Notes: generated by a model not told the origin, from the sequence alone. Counted from the stretch's first letter, positions 52,275-62,755 are shown. The stretch: DNA of 64,000 nucleotides from Pseudomonadota bacterium (GCA_041178425.1 JBEGVH010000010.1:1-64000), one strand, 5' to 3'. A program made the numbers and translations.

Positions 52275-52368
52275 TAGTTTCTCCCCTAAGAGGAACAAAA
52301 ATTGATTTAGTTCCTCACACGTATTTCAAGATACCATTTTGAGAATTTCACTGAAAGTCCAATTAAAT

Positions 52369-53175
52369 TCATGCCACACCTACAACCTGCGACCAAAACA
52401 GCTGAAGGCCTTTTGACTGGCTAACTTCAGGACGATCGTCTAATACTTGGTCAGCAATTCCGCGAATGTTATCACCAACAGGATTGCGAATACGGTCTTT
52501 CATGATAAGCCGCCTGTGTAGGCTGGCTTTTCTTAGACCTTGCTCAAAGGGAATTGTTCCTAAGTAGTTCATGCCGACATTCAAAAAACGGTTTGTTACT
52601 TCTGAGAATCTTTTGAACAAGAGACTTCCTTCTTGTTCATCTCTAGTAAAATTACTAACGATTGAAAATTTCTGTACTCTGTGGCTTTGGTTCAAAACTT
52701 TAATTAGAGCATAGGCATCAGCAAAGCTTGATGGATCGGGCGTTATTATTACCACCGTCTGATCAACAGCCGCGTTCAGATAGAGCACGTGCTCTGCAAT
52801 TCCTGGTGCCGTATCTACTAGGAGATAGTCGTAGCGCTGAGACAGGTGATCCATGACATCAAGGAGATTTCTTCGTTCAAAAGAATTGATACTGTTCACC
52901 TCAATGAGACCACTCCCTCCCGGTACGAGGTCAACACCAGGCATGACTTTAGTAACAACGTTGTCGATGGATGCTTCACCTTTGATAACATCAATAATAT
53001 TCTTCTCTGGATTAGCACCAAAGAGGATATGTAGATTACCCATTCCAACATCACCATCAAAGAGCAGAACTTTATTTCCTCTCAAGGAAAGCTCTTGGGC
53101 CATGTTTGCTACCAATGTTGACTTTCCTACTCCACCTTTTCCAGATGTGATGCTAATGCTTTTAGTTCTACGCAT
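52369..53175 (-). CDS. flhG: flagellar number regulator FlhG (MinD-like); start moved to 53175
   Basis: TSGKGGVGKS, DGDVGMGN, DTAPGI and DAYALIK; between flhF and fliA. Confidence 0.9.
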   Translation of the reverse strand: MRRTKSISITSGKGGVGKSTLVANMAQELSLRGNKVLLFDGDVGMGNLHILFGANPEKNIIDVIKGEASIDNVVTKVMPGVDLVPGGSGLIEVNSINSFERRNLLDVMDHLSQRYDYLLVDTAPGIAEHVLYLNAAVDQTVVIITPDPSSFADAYALIKVLNQSHRVQKFSIVSNFTRDEQEGSLLFKRFSEVTNRFLNVGMNYLGTIPFEQGLRKASLHRRLIMKDRIRNPVGDNIRGIADQVLDDRPEVSQSKGLQLFWSQVVGVA

Positions 53176-53186
53176 TTTCTTTCCTT

Positions 53187-54602
53187 TCAAAATAGATCCT
53201 GGTTGAAATTAAAATTAAGATGTTGTTCTGGGCCCTGGTTGAGGAGTAAATCGATGACTCGCTCTTTCGTTGCACGCTCGAAATCTTCCGGAACCCTTGG
53301 ACCTGTTCCAAATGAGTGGAAGGGTTTTCCCAGTGCCATTTGAAAGTTGATTAAAACTCCGTGCTGAAAAGACTCATCAAGGGCACTGAAAATGACATCA
53401 TCAAATCCAATCGATGAAAATCGCTTTCCAATTTCAATGGCATCTTGATCTTTTGAGACAGCCGAAATTACAAGGTGAACATGAGGCTGAAGATAGCCCG
53501 GTGGCAAAAGTTCTTTCAGCTTTTGCATTTCATCACCGATGCGAAAACGAACACCCGGCGTATCTATCAAAATCTTGTCAAAAGATCCCGACTCAGCCGA
53601 CACGACTTCCCACTGAGAGTAATCGTTGATGACCATGAAAGGAATATTGAGGATTTGCGCGTAAATCTTTAGTTGTTCTATAGAGCCAAATTTTTGTTGA
53701 TCCGCAGTTAAAATTGCCACGCGCTTTTGCTGGTTCAGTACAAGATCTGCAGCGTACTTAACGAGAGACGTTGTTTTGCCATGCCCACCCGCTCCCACGA
53801 AAACTTCGAATTTAGATTCTATATTACCCTCGGTAACGTCAATTCTCCGAATAAGTGCATTCGCAATAAGCGCATGAATAATACTGCTTTTTTTTGCTCC
53901 ATTCTCTGGCAAGCGTTCTTGAACTTCTTTAAGAATCTCAACCGCAATAGGAGAAGCTATTCCGACTCCCAACAACTTCTCATAGGAAGAGGCTAATTCA
54001 TACTTGAGACCAAATTCCGAACCTGGGTGTCCCTGAATAATGTTTTGTGGCACTTCTTTGAAGTTTTTGAAAATTTCACGCAAACCTTCGATTTCTTCTT
54101 TTAATGCATGGATTTCACGACTTCCACCCGAAGCTTTTTGCTCCTGCATTTCGCGCCATGCCTTTTGTGCTTCTTTTCTCAAACGATCGTTCGTTCCATT
54201 CGGCAAAACTGCGGGCTCTACATCGTCTTGAATATCGATGTAACGTTGTTTTCTATCGACCGGACCACTCGATTTGGCTTGAACCGGCTCCAGTCGCTCT
54301 CGAGGCTGAACTCTCGTCTCATTGCGCTCGATAGCTTTTTCGATCAGTTCACGGTGGGCCTTGGCTGAACCACGATGAACTTTCTCTCTTAAATTGGCAG
54401 GGATTCGTGACTCGGCCAATAATTTCTTTTGTAATTGTTCAGGTTTTATAGCGGCCGTTATTTCTACGCTTCCCTCACCGACAAGCCCATATCTTTTACT
54501 ATTATCTTTAGCGGCCATAATTATGGCCTCTGGCCCCATTTCGGATTTCACCAATTCGAGGGCTTCCTTCATTGATCGGGCTTCAAATTTTTTAACGACC
54601 AT
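53187..54602 (-). CDS. flhF: flagellar biosynthesis SRP-type GTPase FlhF
   Basis: KKFEA...VKSEMGPEAII N-terminus, GKTT, DTPG and GPRVPED; operon position. Confidence 0.9.
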   Translation of the reverse strand: MVVKKFEARSMKEALELVKSEMGPEAIIMAAKDNSKRYGLVGEGSVEITAAIKPEQLQKKLLAESRIPANLREKVHRGSAKAHRELIEKAIERNETRVQPRERLEPVQAKSSGPVDRKQRYIDIQDDVEPAVLPNGTNDRLRKEAQKAWREMQEQKASGGSREIHALKEEIEGLREIFKNFKEVPQNIIQGHPGSEFGLKYELASSYEKLLGVGIASPIAVEILKEVQERLPENGAKKSSIIHALIANALIRRIDVTEGNIESKFEVFVGAGGHGKTTSLVKYAADLVLNQQKRVAILTADQQKFGSIEQLKIYAQILNIPFMVINDYSQWEVVSAESGSFDKILIDTPGVRFRIGDEMQKLKELLPPGYLQPHVHLVISAVSKDQDAIEIGKRFSSIGFDDVIFSALDESFQHGVLINFQMALGKPFHSFGTGPRVPEDFERATKERVIDLLLNQGPEQHLNFNFNQDLF

Positions 54603-56691
54603 TGCTTAACTCCACGATTGCTATAGATTTAACGTTTACATCACTTGAAAGCTCACTGTGTGAGAGAACTACCAACTGGGGAATAAATCGATGTGTCAAC
54701 TTAAAGAGGTGCCGCCGAGCTGTGGGACTCGTTAGTAAAATTGGCTGACCGGCAATTTCGGGATGCATCTCAACCGAGCGAGCAATTTGAGAAATCATTT
54801 TTGAGGCCGTTTGAGGATCCATAACAAGTTGAACTCCTTGTTCTGTTTGCAGTAAGGAATTCGCAATCAAATCTTCCAAACCAGGATGCAATGACAACAC
54901 TGGGATGGTATTTTCTTCATTTCTATATTTAGACGAGATAGCTCGAGCCAAACTTTTTCGAACGGCTTCAGTGAGAACCTCGATATCTTTCGACTTGGTC
55001 GCTTCGTCGGCGAGTGTTTCAAAAATAGTGAGTAAATCTCGAATTGACACTTGTTCCTTAAGAAGACTCTGCAGCACTCGCACGACAGCCCCAAGAGGTA
55101 ACAAATCGGGAATGAGTTCTTCGACCACTTTTGGATGTGTCTTCTTGAAGTTTTCAACCAAAGTCGAGGCTTCTTGGCGACCGAGAAGTTCGTGCGCATG
55201 AGTTCGTACAACTTCTGTAATATGAGTGGCCATAACAGTTGGAAGGTCCACCACAGTATACCCGGAACTTTCAGCATCATCTTTGAGTGTTGGCGAGATC
55301 CAGATAGCATCAAGTCCGAAGGCTGGCTCTTTGGTTTTAATACCCGCGATGGGAGAAATAACAGTGCCAGGATCCATCGCCAAAAGAGCATCGGGGCGCA
55401 AGTCTCCGCCTGCGACTTTATTTCCTTTGATTAATAGCCTGTATTCACCGGGTTGAAGTTGTAGATTATCGCGAATGTGAATGCTTGGAACAACCACTCC
55501 AAGATCGAGAGCAAATTGCTTCCGGATTGATACAATCCTCTCGAGCAAGTCTCCTGATTGTTCTGAATCAACAATACTGATAAGTCCATAACCAACTTCC
55601 AACTCAATAAGATCCAACGGTAAGAGATTCTCTATGTTTTCTTTTACCGGAGCTTTCGCTACTTCTGCCTCCGTGCGCTTCTTAGTTTCTTTTTCCTCGA
55701 TCTGATATCTATTGATGAGCCATGAGATTCCACCAAGAAATCCACCGATCATAAAAAATGGAAAGGTAGGCAATCCTGGAATAATTCCAAGCAGCCCAAG
55801 AACGCCGCCCGTGATTCCAATTGCTCTGGGATTTATGAATAGCTGTCCGACGAGTTCAGATCCCATATTCTCGTCAGTACGCGAACTCCTGGTCACCACC
55901 ATACCAGCCGCAGTCGAAATGATGAGCGCTGGAATCTGGGCGAGCAAACCATCTCCGATGGTTAACATTGTATAGTTTTTGGCTGCCGTTGCGACATCGA
56001 GGTTCTTTTGAAGGACCCCAATCAAAAGTCCCCCAAGAACGTTAATCACTGTAATTAAAATTCCGGCAATAGCATCTCCACGCACGAACTTACTGGCACC
56101 ATCCATAGCCCCGTAAAAATCTGCCTCAGATTCAATTTCTTTTCTTCGACGTCGGGCCTCTTGGTCATTGATAACTCCGGCATTGAGGTCGGCGTCAATC
56201 GACATTTGTTTACCTGGCATAGCATCCAAGGTGAATCGAGCTGCCACTTCCGCCACGCGTCCAGCACCCTTTGTGATTACCACAAAGTTAATCACAACGA
56301 GAATCACGAAAACAACTAATCCAATGACGTAATTGTTTCCGATGACGAAATCACCGAAGGCATGAATGACCGCACCTGCAGCATTTGGTCCTTCGTGCCC
56401 TTTGGACAGAATCACTCTTGTAGTCGAGACGTTCAGAGCTAGGCGAAAGAGTGTTGTGATCAAGAGCAACGAAGGAAAAACACTAAATTCAAGGGCTTTA
56501 GTAATATAAATTGAAATCAAAAGAATAAGAATGCTGATTGCCAGTGAAAATGTAAGGGCAATGTCTAAAAAGAAGGCTGGCATTGGAATGATCATCACTG
56601 CCATGATACCAAGAAGACCGAATGCGATCAGAAGATCTGTATTCTTGGTGTACTTTTCAAATCGTTTGAGAAATTGGAATAATTGCTCCAT
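54592..56691 (-). CDS. flhA: flagellar export gate FlhA
   Basis: RVAEVAARFTLDAMPGKQMSIDADL and FYGAMDGASKFVRGDA. Confidence 0.98.
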   Translation of the reverse strand: MEQLFQFLKRFEKYTKNTDLLIAFGLLGIMAVMIIPMPAFFLDIALTFSLAISILILLISIYITKALEFSVFPSLLLITTLFRLALNVSTTRVILSKGHEGPNAAGAVIHAFGDFVIGNNYVIGLVVFVILVVINFVVITKGAGRVAEVAARFTLDAMPGKQMSIDADLNAGVINDQEARRRRKEIESEADFYGAMDGASKFVRGDAIAGILITVINVLGGLLIGVLQKNLDVATAAKNYTMLTIGDGLLAQIPALIISTAAGMVVTRSSRTDENMGSELVGQLFINPRAIGITGGVLGLLGIIPGLPTFPFFMIGGFLGGISWLINRYQIEEKETKKRTEAEVAKAPVKENIENLLPLDLIELEVGYGLISIVDSEQSGDLLERIVSIRKQFALDLGVVVPSIHIRDNLQLQPGEYRLLIKGNKVAGGDLRPDALLAMDPGTVISPIAGIKTKEPAFGLDAIWISPTLKDDAESSGYTVVDLPTVMATHITEVVRTHAHELLGRQEASTLVENFKKTHPKVVEELIPDLLPLGAVVRVLQSLLKEQVSIRDLLTIFETLADEATKSKDIEVLTEAVRKSLARAISSKYRNEENTIPVLSLHPGLEDLIANSLLQTEQGVQLVMDPQTASKMISQIARSVEMHPEIAGQPILLTSPTARRHLFKLTHRFIPQLVVLSHSELSSDVNVKSIAIVELSNGR

Positions 56692-57756
56692 CTATCTTAG
56701 AGCCTTTCTTTTTAGTTTGTAGACGTAGGACAGTACTTCAGCTACTGCCTGAAATAGCTCACGCGGTATAAACTGACCGATTTTCATCGTTTTAAAAATC
56801 GTGCGTGCCAAAGGTTTGTTTTCAATCACCGGAACCCTATTATCTCGAGCGATTTCTTTTATCTTTTCAGCCACCAAATCAGCTCCCATCGCAACCACTC
56901 GGGGAGCTGGGTTGCCCTGATCGTATTGGATGGCTACGGCGATATGGGTAGGGTTGGTAACAACAAAGTCAGCCTTGGGTACGTCTTGCATCATGCGACG
57001 CTGAGCCGTTTCGCGCTGGATTCGGCGAATCCGAGATTTAATCATCGGATCCCCTTCTCGGCTTTTATGCTCTTCTTTGACTTCTTGCTTTGTCATCATC
57101 ATCTGCTTTTCTAAATCCCACCACTGGTAAAAATAGTCAGCCGCGGCAAGAACAAAGAAAAGTCCGGCCACAGACCCCAGAAGTTGTCCAACCTTCGCGG
57201 CCATATAACTGAGAATCGATTCGACCGACTGATCCATAAGGTGAACAATTGTTTTGAACTCGGACTTGAAGACAAGATAGATAACGAAGGCCACCATGAA
57301 GATTTTGACAAGAGCCTTGAGGGCCTCAACAACACTTTTCAGGCTGAAAATTCTTTTTAGACCACCGAGTGGATCAATTTTTTCGAGTTTTGGTGTAAGA
57401 GCATCTTCAACCTGCATAAAGCCGATCTGCACCACGATTGAAAAAACGGCAACAAACGACAGAACTATTCCAATAGGAAAAAAGATGAAGGCAATAGACT
57501 TTCCAGCTAACATCGTCATTTTTTTGACGTCATCTTGGGCTATAGATTGGAGAAGGCCCTCTACAAAAAAAACATTAAAGAGAGAAATGATCTGCTGAGT
57601 GAAATAACGACCAGCAAAATAGATCATAAAAAAACCAAAAAGTAGGACCATCGCAGAGCCTAGCTCTCGCGTCTGGGCGATTTGACCTCGCTTTTTAAAC
57701 TCTTCACGACGAGCTTGCGTTGCCTCTTCCGTCCTCTCGCCTGCTTCTTCAGCCAC
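56692..57756 (-). CDS. flhB: flagellar export protein FlhB
   Basis: NPTH autocleavage motif and KSREGDP. Confidence 0.97.
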   Translation of the reverse strand: MAEEAGERTEEATQARREEFKKRGQIAQTRELGSAMVLLFGFFMIYFAGRYFTQQIISLFNVFFVEGLLQSIAQDDVKKMTMLAGKSIAFIFFPIGIVLSFVAVFSIVVQIGFMQVEDALTPKLEKIDPLGGLKRIFSLKSVVEALKALVKIFMVAFVIYLVFKSEFKTIVHLMDQSVESILSYMAAKVGQLLGSVAGLFFVLAAADYFYQWWDLEKQMMMTKQEVKEEHKSREGDPMIKSRIRRIQRETAQRRMMQDVPKADFVVTNPTHIAVAIQYDQGNPAPRVVAMGADLVAEKIKEIARDNRVPVIENKPLARTIFKTMKIGQFIPRELFQAVAEVLSYVYKLKRKALR

Positions 57757-58539
57757 CTACATCTCCTTCATAATGCGGAACAGATTCTCCCCCATCTCCT
57801 TTTCCATTTCGTGAACTCCCTCGAGAAAAAAGGGCAGTGTCACAAAAATGACAAAAAGACCGATTATGATTGATAAATGCAAACTTGTGACCAACACGTT
57901 AATTTGAGGAACAACCCGACCAATGACCCCCATCGCAACCTGAGTTAGGAACATGGCAACCAGCACCGGAGCACTAATCTTAAGACCTAAGACGAGAATA
58001 TCAGACCCCATGGCTGCAACAGTTTTGACACCTTCCCACTTAATCATGTCAAAAGACATTGGAATCAGACGGAAGCTCTCATGCATTGCCATCAGTAAAA
58101 GGTGATGTCCGTTGAATCCTAAAAATAAAAGCATGGCGAGAGTAACTTGAAACTGTTCTAAAATATTCGATTGGGTACCCATGAGGGGATTAAACATTTG
58201 TGCAGCAGAGAGCCCCATCGCATTGCTGGTAATTTGCCCGGCAATGTTGATGGCCATAAAGTAAAAGCGAGCGATAGATCCTAAAATCAGTCCTATCATC
58301 ACCTCCCGAGCGGCAAGCCACAGAAAGCCGGAATTTAAATCATGAAGAAAACCCGAATTAATGGTTTTCACCGACGGAAACATTACCGTCGCTAAAATTA
58401 AAGATAAAAGCACTTTCGTCGAGTTAGGCACGGACTGAACCCCGAATATTGGAAAACTCGTTATGAGTGCAGTGATTCTCAAAAACGCGAGAATGAAAAG
58501 GAGCATCTCAATTTCGGACCACTGGTATACTGATGGCAT
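57757..58539 (-). CDS. fliR: flagellar export protein FliR
   Basis: Hydrophobic; AGQITSNAMGL, GHHLL and PQINV. Confidence 0.94.
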   Translation of the reverse strand: MPSVYQWSEIEMLLFILAFLRITALITSFPIFGVQSVPNSTKVLLSLILATVMFPSVKTINSGFLHDLNSGFLWLAAREVMIGLILGSIARFYFMAINIAGQITSNAMGLSAAQMFNPLMGTQSNILEQFQVTLAMLLFLGFNGHHLLLMAMHESFRLIPMSFDMIKWEGVKTVAAMGSDILVLGLKISAPVLVAMFLTQVAMGVIGRVVPQINVLVTSLHLSIIIGLFVIFVTLPFFLEGVHEMEKEMGENLFRIMKEM

Positions 58540-58548
58540 CCCAATTTC

Positions 58549-58821
58549 CTACTCTCTTACAAGCTCTGCTATTTGTTCAAAAAGATCCGTAGTGTAGTTG
58601 GTCAGCAGGTCAAGCATCCATGGACCTGCCAAAACAAGTACGATTCCAACAACTAACATTTTCGGTATAAAGCTCAATGTTGCTTCGTTAATTTGGGTGA
58701 GTGCTTGAAAGATACTAACCACAAGACCAATAACAAGCGTACTGATCAGAATAGGGGCGGCCACAAAAGCTGTCGTCTTTATAGCTTCTTGCGCTAATCG
58801 AAGCACAATATCTTCATTCAT
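58549..58821 (-). CDS. fliQ: flagellar export protein FliQ
   Basis: SIFQALTQINEATLSFIPK. Confidence 0.96.
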   Translation of the reverse strand: MNEDIVLRLAQEAIKTTAFVAAPILISTLVIGLVVSIFQALTQINEATLSFIPKMLVVGIVLVLAGPWMLDLLTNYTTDLFEQIAELVRE

Positions 58822-58845
58822 TCCGATTCTCCAATCCTATTTGTT

Positions 58846-59628
58846 TCAGCCAAAGCTTTTTACCATCGATCCGATCAGTAGGCCCCAGCCATCAACAACA
58901 ATAAACAGCATTACTTTGAGGGGCAGTGAAATTACGGTTGGTGGCAACATCATCATTCCCATGGCCATCAGACTGCTCGCAGCAACCATATCAATAACTA
59001 AGAATGGCAAAAAAATAATAAAGCCGATCAAAAAAGCTGTTTTTAATTCGCTGACGATAAACGAAGGAATCAATACCATCGTTGGAACATCGGCCCTGGT
59101 TTTAGGACTCTCAATGCGCGAGAACTTAAGAAACAGGCTGAGGTCGCTATCTCGAGTTTGATTGAACATGAATCGACGGAGCGGTTTTATTGACACATCA
59201 AATGCCGCTTCTTGACTTATTTGCCCTTTTAAATAGGGCTGCAGACCTTTTTCATTAATTTCCGTCAGAGCTGGATTCATGACAAAAAAGGTGAGGAAAA
59301 GAGCTAAGCCGATAAGCAATTGATTTGGTGGCATTTGCTGCAGACCGAGTGCTTGTCGAAGAAAAGACAGAACAATTATAATGCGAGTAAACCCAGTCAT
59401 CATAATCAAAATCGCTGGGGCGAGCGTTAAAACTGTGAGCATCATCAAAATTCGAATGACGTTCACCATTTCACTTGGATTATCGACACTCTTAAATCCG
59501 AGATTAACGGTTGGAAGTGTGACTTGGGCGTTGGCAACTCCAGTTGTCAATAACAAGGCGATAAAACAGAAGATGGAAAAACTCAGAAACCCTAAAAATC
59601 GCCCTCTTAAACTCAGAGAGACGCTCAT
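58846..59628 (-). CDS. fliP: flagellar export protein FliP
   Basis: FTRIIIVLSFLRQALG, SELKTAF and GMMMLPP. Confidence 0.97.
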   Translation of the reverse strand: MSVSLSLRGRFLGFLSFSIFCFIALLLTTGVANAQVTLPTVNLGFKSVDNPSEMVNVIRILMMLTVLTLAPAILIMMTGFTRIIIVLSFLRQALGLQQMPPNQLLIGLALFLTFFVMNPALTEINEKGLQPYLKGQISQEAAFDVSIKPLRRFMFNQTRDSDLSLFLKFSRIESPKTRADVPTMVLIPSFIVSELKTAFLIGFIIFLPFLVIDMVAASSLMAMGMMMLPPTVISLPLKVMLFIVVDGWGLLIGSMVKSFG

Positions 59629-60599
59629 ATCAATCTCCTTAAAAGAGGAATTTTCTTAGAGAAACTTGTTTTAACAGCAGGTCCAAAAGAAAATTCCTCG
59701 TCTAAAGCAACTTCACTCTCAACATCAGCTACTTTTTTTGACGCTTTAGGCTTTACCTTTTCTTCGAGGGCCTCCACAAAAGATTCATTCGAAATTTCAG
59801 GGAGATCTTCATCTAAAAGAGCAAGCGTCTTAATCAAGTTGATATTGTCTTCGGAGACTCCGAGAAGAAGCGACTCTCCAGCTACACGAATCACGAGAAG
59901 ACTTTTTTTGGGGCCAAGATGAAATTGAGTAAGTACCTTGATCTTCATGAGGGATTCCGGCCCGTTGACCATTTTACTACGATTCTTCAGCCACCAAATG
60001 AGATAGCCGCCCAAGAGGGTGACTCCCATAACCATGAATATGATTTTTCCGAAACCAGAGCTTTCGTTTGAGCGATTCGCTTTTTTATCAAAAAGTGGAA
60101 TCTCTTTTTCGTTTGACGCTTTTGTTTCAATCTTTACTGGTTCAATGCTGCTGAGATTCTGATTCTCTTTGACGGGAAGAGACTCAGCCAGAGAAGGCTT
60201 ACTCCAGATGGGTGGAAGAATCTCGACAATTAGGCTGTTGCCGGCAGCTTCCATAGTAAGATTCTCTTTCATTTGAGCGGCCTGCATATCCACGAAAGTA
60301 AACTGAACGGCAACCTGCTTATCTTTCGCTGCCACAATTCTAATATCATTGATATAAGAAACTGATGGCGATAATTCCGTCGAAGACTTTTTGTAGGTCG
60401 CCTCGGGGATCATAATCGTCATCGTCTTTTCTGCAAATTGTGGATTCAATTTTGAGGCGTCTACTCCTTGGTCAAAGAGCAACTCAAGCCTAATTACATC
60501 TTGCTCTCCAGAAGTACTTGCTGACAAAAGACGATTAAGGGCCCAACTGCTAGTTTGAAAAAAGAAAACAAGTAAAAAAATAATAACAAATTTATTCAT
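59625..60599 (-). CDS. fliO: flagellar protein FliO with an N-terminal periplasmic extension
   Basis: TM followed by IKVLTQFHLGPKKSLLVIRV...LLLGVS; between fliN and fliP. Confidence 0.8.
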   Translation of the reverse strand: MNKFVIIFLLVFFFQTSSWALNRLLSASTSGEQDVIRLELLFDQGVDASKLNPQFAEKTMTIMIPEATYKKSSTELSPSVSYINDIRIVAAKDKQVAVQFTFVDMQAAQMKENLTMEAAGNSLIVEILPPIWSKPSLAESLPVKENQNLSSIEPVKIETKASNEKEIPLFDKKANRSNESSGFGKIIFMVMGVTLLGGYLIWWLKNRSKMVNGPESLMKIKVLTQFHLGPKKSLLVIRVAGESLLLGVSEDNINLIKTLALLDEDLPEISNESFVEALEEKVKPKASKKVADVESEVALDEEFSFGPAVKTSFSKKIPLLRRLI

Positions 60600-60620
60600 G
60601 TTGGCCCCCTACCCCATTTA

Positions 60621-60992
60621 CTAAGAAAGCTGCTCGACTCTTTCAGATTGCGAAATAATGTCAGTCAGCCGCACACCAAATTTCTCGTTCACAACAACTG
60701 CCTCACCCCGAGCAATGAGCTTATCGTTGACATAGACCTCAAGTGGCTCACCAGCCAACTTATTCAATTCGACGACACTTCCTTGGGCGAGATTAATTAA
60801 CTCTTTCACCGGCATTCGCGTTCGACCCAGCTCCACAGAAACTTTGAGTGGTATATCTAAGATCATCAGCAAGTTACGATCTTTAACCTCATCAGCAAAA
60901 TTCTGACCGCCTTCATTTGAACTACCAGCTGCCGCAGCCGCTGCGCTCTCTGCAGATAACTTTTCGGCTAAGTTGTCAAAACTATCTCCCAT
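60621..60992 (-). CDS. fliN: flagellar motor switch protein FliN
   Basis: ILDIPLKVSVELG and ARGEAVVVNEKFGVR. Confidence 0.96.
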   Translation of the reverse strand: MGDSFDNLAEKLSAESAAAAAAGSSNEGGQNFADEVKDRNLLMILDIPLKVSVELGRTRMPVKELINLAQGSVVELNKLAGEPLEVYVNDKLIARGEAVVVNEKFGVRLTDIISQSERVEQLS

Positions 60993-61004
60993 ATGAACCT
61001 CCGA

Positions 61005-62048
61005 TTAATTTTCAATGACTCTTGTTAATTGAACAGCAACAGATCCGTGATGAATACCATAGAGGCCCTTAAATTTCGGCACACCTTCTATTTGTAGATT
61101 AAATTCACCGCTAGCATCCTGATCCAACGGAATTACGTCTCCTACTTTAAGCTCCATCATTTCGGCCAAACTAATTTGGGACTCGCCAAGATTCACCTTG
61201 AGTTCAACGTTGGTTAGCATCAACTGTTCTTTAATAATTTGATACCAAAGTTTACGATCTGTTTGGTCAGACTCCACCTGAAAACCCGTCGAAAGCTTCT
61301 GCTTGATTGGCTCAATGGTAGCATAGGGAATCACTAGAGTGATTGTTCCGTTTGCATTCTCTAATTCAACATCAAAGGTTGTTGCAATCACCACATCCGT
61401 CGGAGGAACGATACCAACAAACTGTGGATTCACTTCGGTTCTCTGAAAACTGCAATCAATTTTTTCGATAGGAGCCCAGGCGGCTTCTAAATCTTCTATT
61501 GCGATGTCGACAATTTTTCTAACAATGGCTAGCTCGATTTGAGTAAAGTCTTTGCCTTCAATTTTTGTGTAGGGACGATCAGACCCTCCAAAAAAACTAT
61601 CAACGAGAGCATAGGCTAATTTGCTCTCGATCACTAACAGGGTCGATCCACGAAGAGCATTGAAACGCAGAACGCTCATACACGTCGGCATTGGAAGAGT
61701 GTTTACGAACTCTCCAAACTTTAAAAAGTCCGTACTTGCTAAATTCAATGTGGCAATCTTTCTGAGAGCCGAGGATAAGCTGATGCGAAAAGATCGCATG
61801 AATTTTTCGTAAATGACTTCAAGCTGAGGCAGTCTTCCACGAATAATTCTATCCTGGCTGGTGAGATCATAAACAACAACAACCTTGTCATCGGCTAACT
61901 GAGTGGAACCATTTCCCCCACCCTTTCCACTACCACCGCCCCCAGAAACACCTCCAAAGGAAGGCTTATTATTAAGAGCGCCCGTGTCTCCTTCAGAGAC
62001 TGCTGCCAACAAGGCATCAACTTCACTTTGGCTTAGTATTTGATTCAT
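61005..62048 (-). CDS. fliM: flagellar motor switch protein FliM
   Basis: LSQSEVDALL CheY-binding motif, FFGG and EVNPQF. Confidence 0.96.
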   Translation of the reverse strand: MNQILSQSEVDALLAAVSEGDTGALNNKPSFGGVSGGGGSGKGGGNGSTQLADDKVVVVYDLTSQDRIIRGRLPQLEVIYEKFMRSFRISLSSALRKIATLNLASTDFLKFGEFVNTLPMPTCMSVLRFNALRGSTLLVIESKLAYALVDSFFGGSDRPYTKIEGKDFTQIELAIVRKIVDIAIEDLEAAWAPIEKIDCSFQRTEVNPQFVGIVPPTDVVIATTFDVELENANGTITLVIPYATIEPIKQKLSTGFQVESDQTDRKLWYQIIKEQLMLTNVELKVNLGESQISLAEMMELKVGDVIPLDQDASGEFNLQIEGVPKFKGLYGIHHGSVAVQLTRVIEN

Positions 62049-62059
62049 TTTTACCTCTC

Positions 62060-62587
62060 CTAATTATAAAGGAGTTCAGTGAAGTAAACTTTTTTAATTT
62101 TTCCTTTGGTTAGAAATCCGCTCACGGTATCTCGAACCTCATCACGTAATGCGTCTTTTCCCGCTTTATCCGCGAGAGATTCGTACGTTTTGCTTGAGAG
62201 AATAATAATGATAATGTCCCGGATCTGAGCAGAGCGGCCTTCGATTTCGTCTTTTACCTTTTCATTTTCGACCTCGAACTCCATGGTGACTCGCGCCAGA
62301 CGTCGCCCACGCGAGCCCGCAAGATTTACAACAAAAGGCTCCAGTCGAATCATTTCCTTAACAAAATTTCCTGTTTCTTTTGCTTCTTCGGCTTGTGCCT
62401 CGTGTTCTCCTTTAATAACATGCTCAATTTTAGGCTCAGCCGCTTCTTTCTTCTTACCCATATAAAGCATAAATCCTACGGCACCTACGATCGCCATATT
62501 GATTACAGATAGAATGATAAATAGCGTTGGTTTAGAACCTTTAGGTGCCTGACTGGCCCCTTGCGCTTCTGCTTTCTCCTCTGCCAC
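62060..62587 (-). CDS. fliL: flagellar basal body protein FliL
   Basis: TM, FVVNL, IRDIII and VYFTE. Confidence 0.92.
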   Translation of the reverse strand: MAEEKAEAQGASQAPKGSKPTLFIILSVINMAIVGAVGFMLYMGKKKEAAEPKIEHVIKGEHEAQAEEAKETGNFVKEMIRLEPFVVNLAGSRGRRLARVTMEFEVENEKVKDEIEGRSAQIRDIIIIILSSKTYESLADKAGKDALRDEVRDTVSGFLTKGKIKKVYFTELLYN

Positions 62588-62621
62588 AATTACCCCCAGT
62601 GATTATCTCAACAGGAGAAAC

Positions 62622-62638
62622 AGCAAAGCCGATGCCAA
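62622..62638 (-). promoter_or_regulatory. sigma54 (-24/-12) promoter of the fliL-to-fliA operon
   Basis: TTGGCATCGGCTTTGCT has exact GG-N10-GC spacing, 34 nt upstream of the fliL GTG. Confidence 0.75.
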
Positions 62639-62755
62639 CACGACCAAGTGGTAGTAAACTGTAAAACTGAAATCGTTTTTGATAAATTTAGGAATTTTTC
62701 AAAACATAAGTCTTGAGACGCCGTCACTTTTTTGACTGACAAAGGTCGTTCGGGA

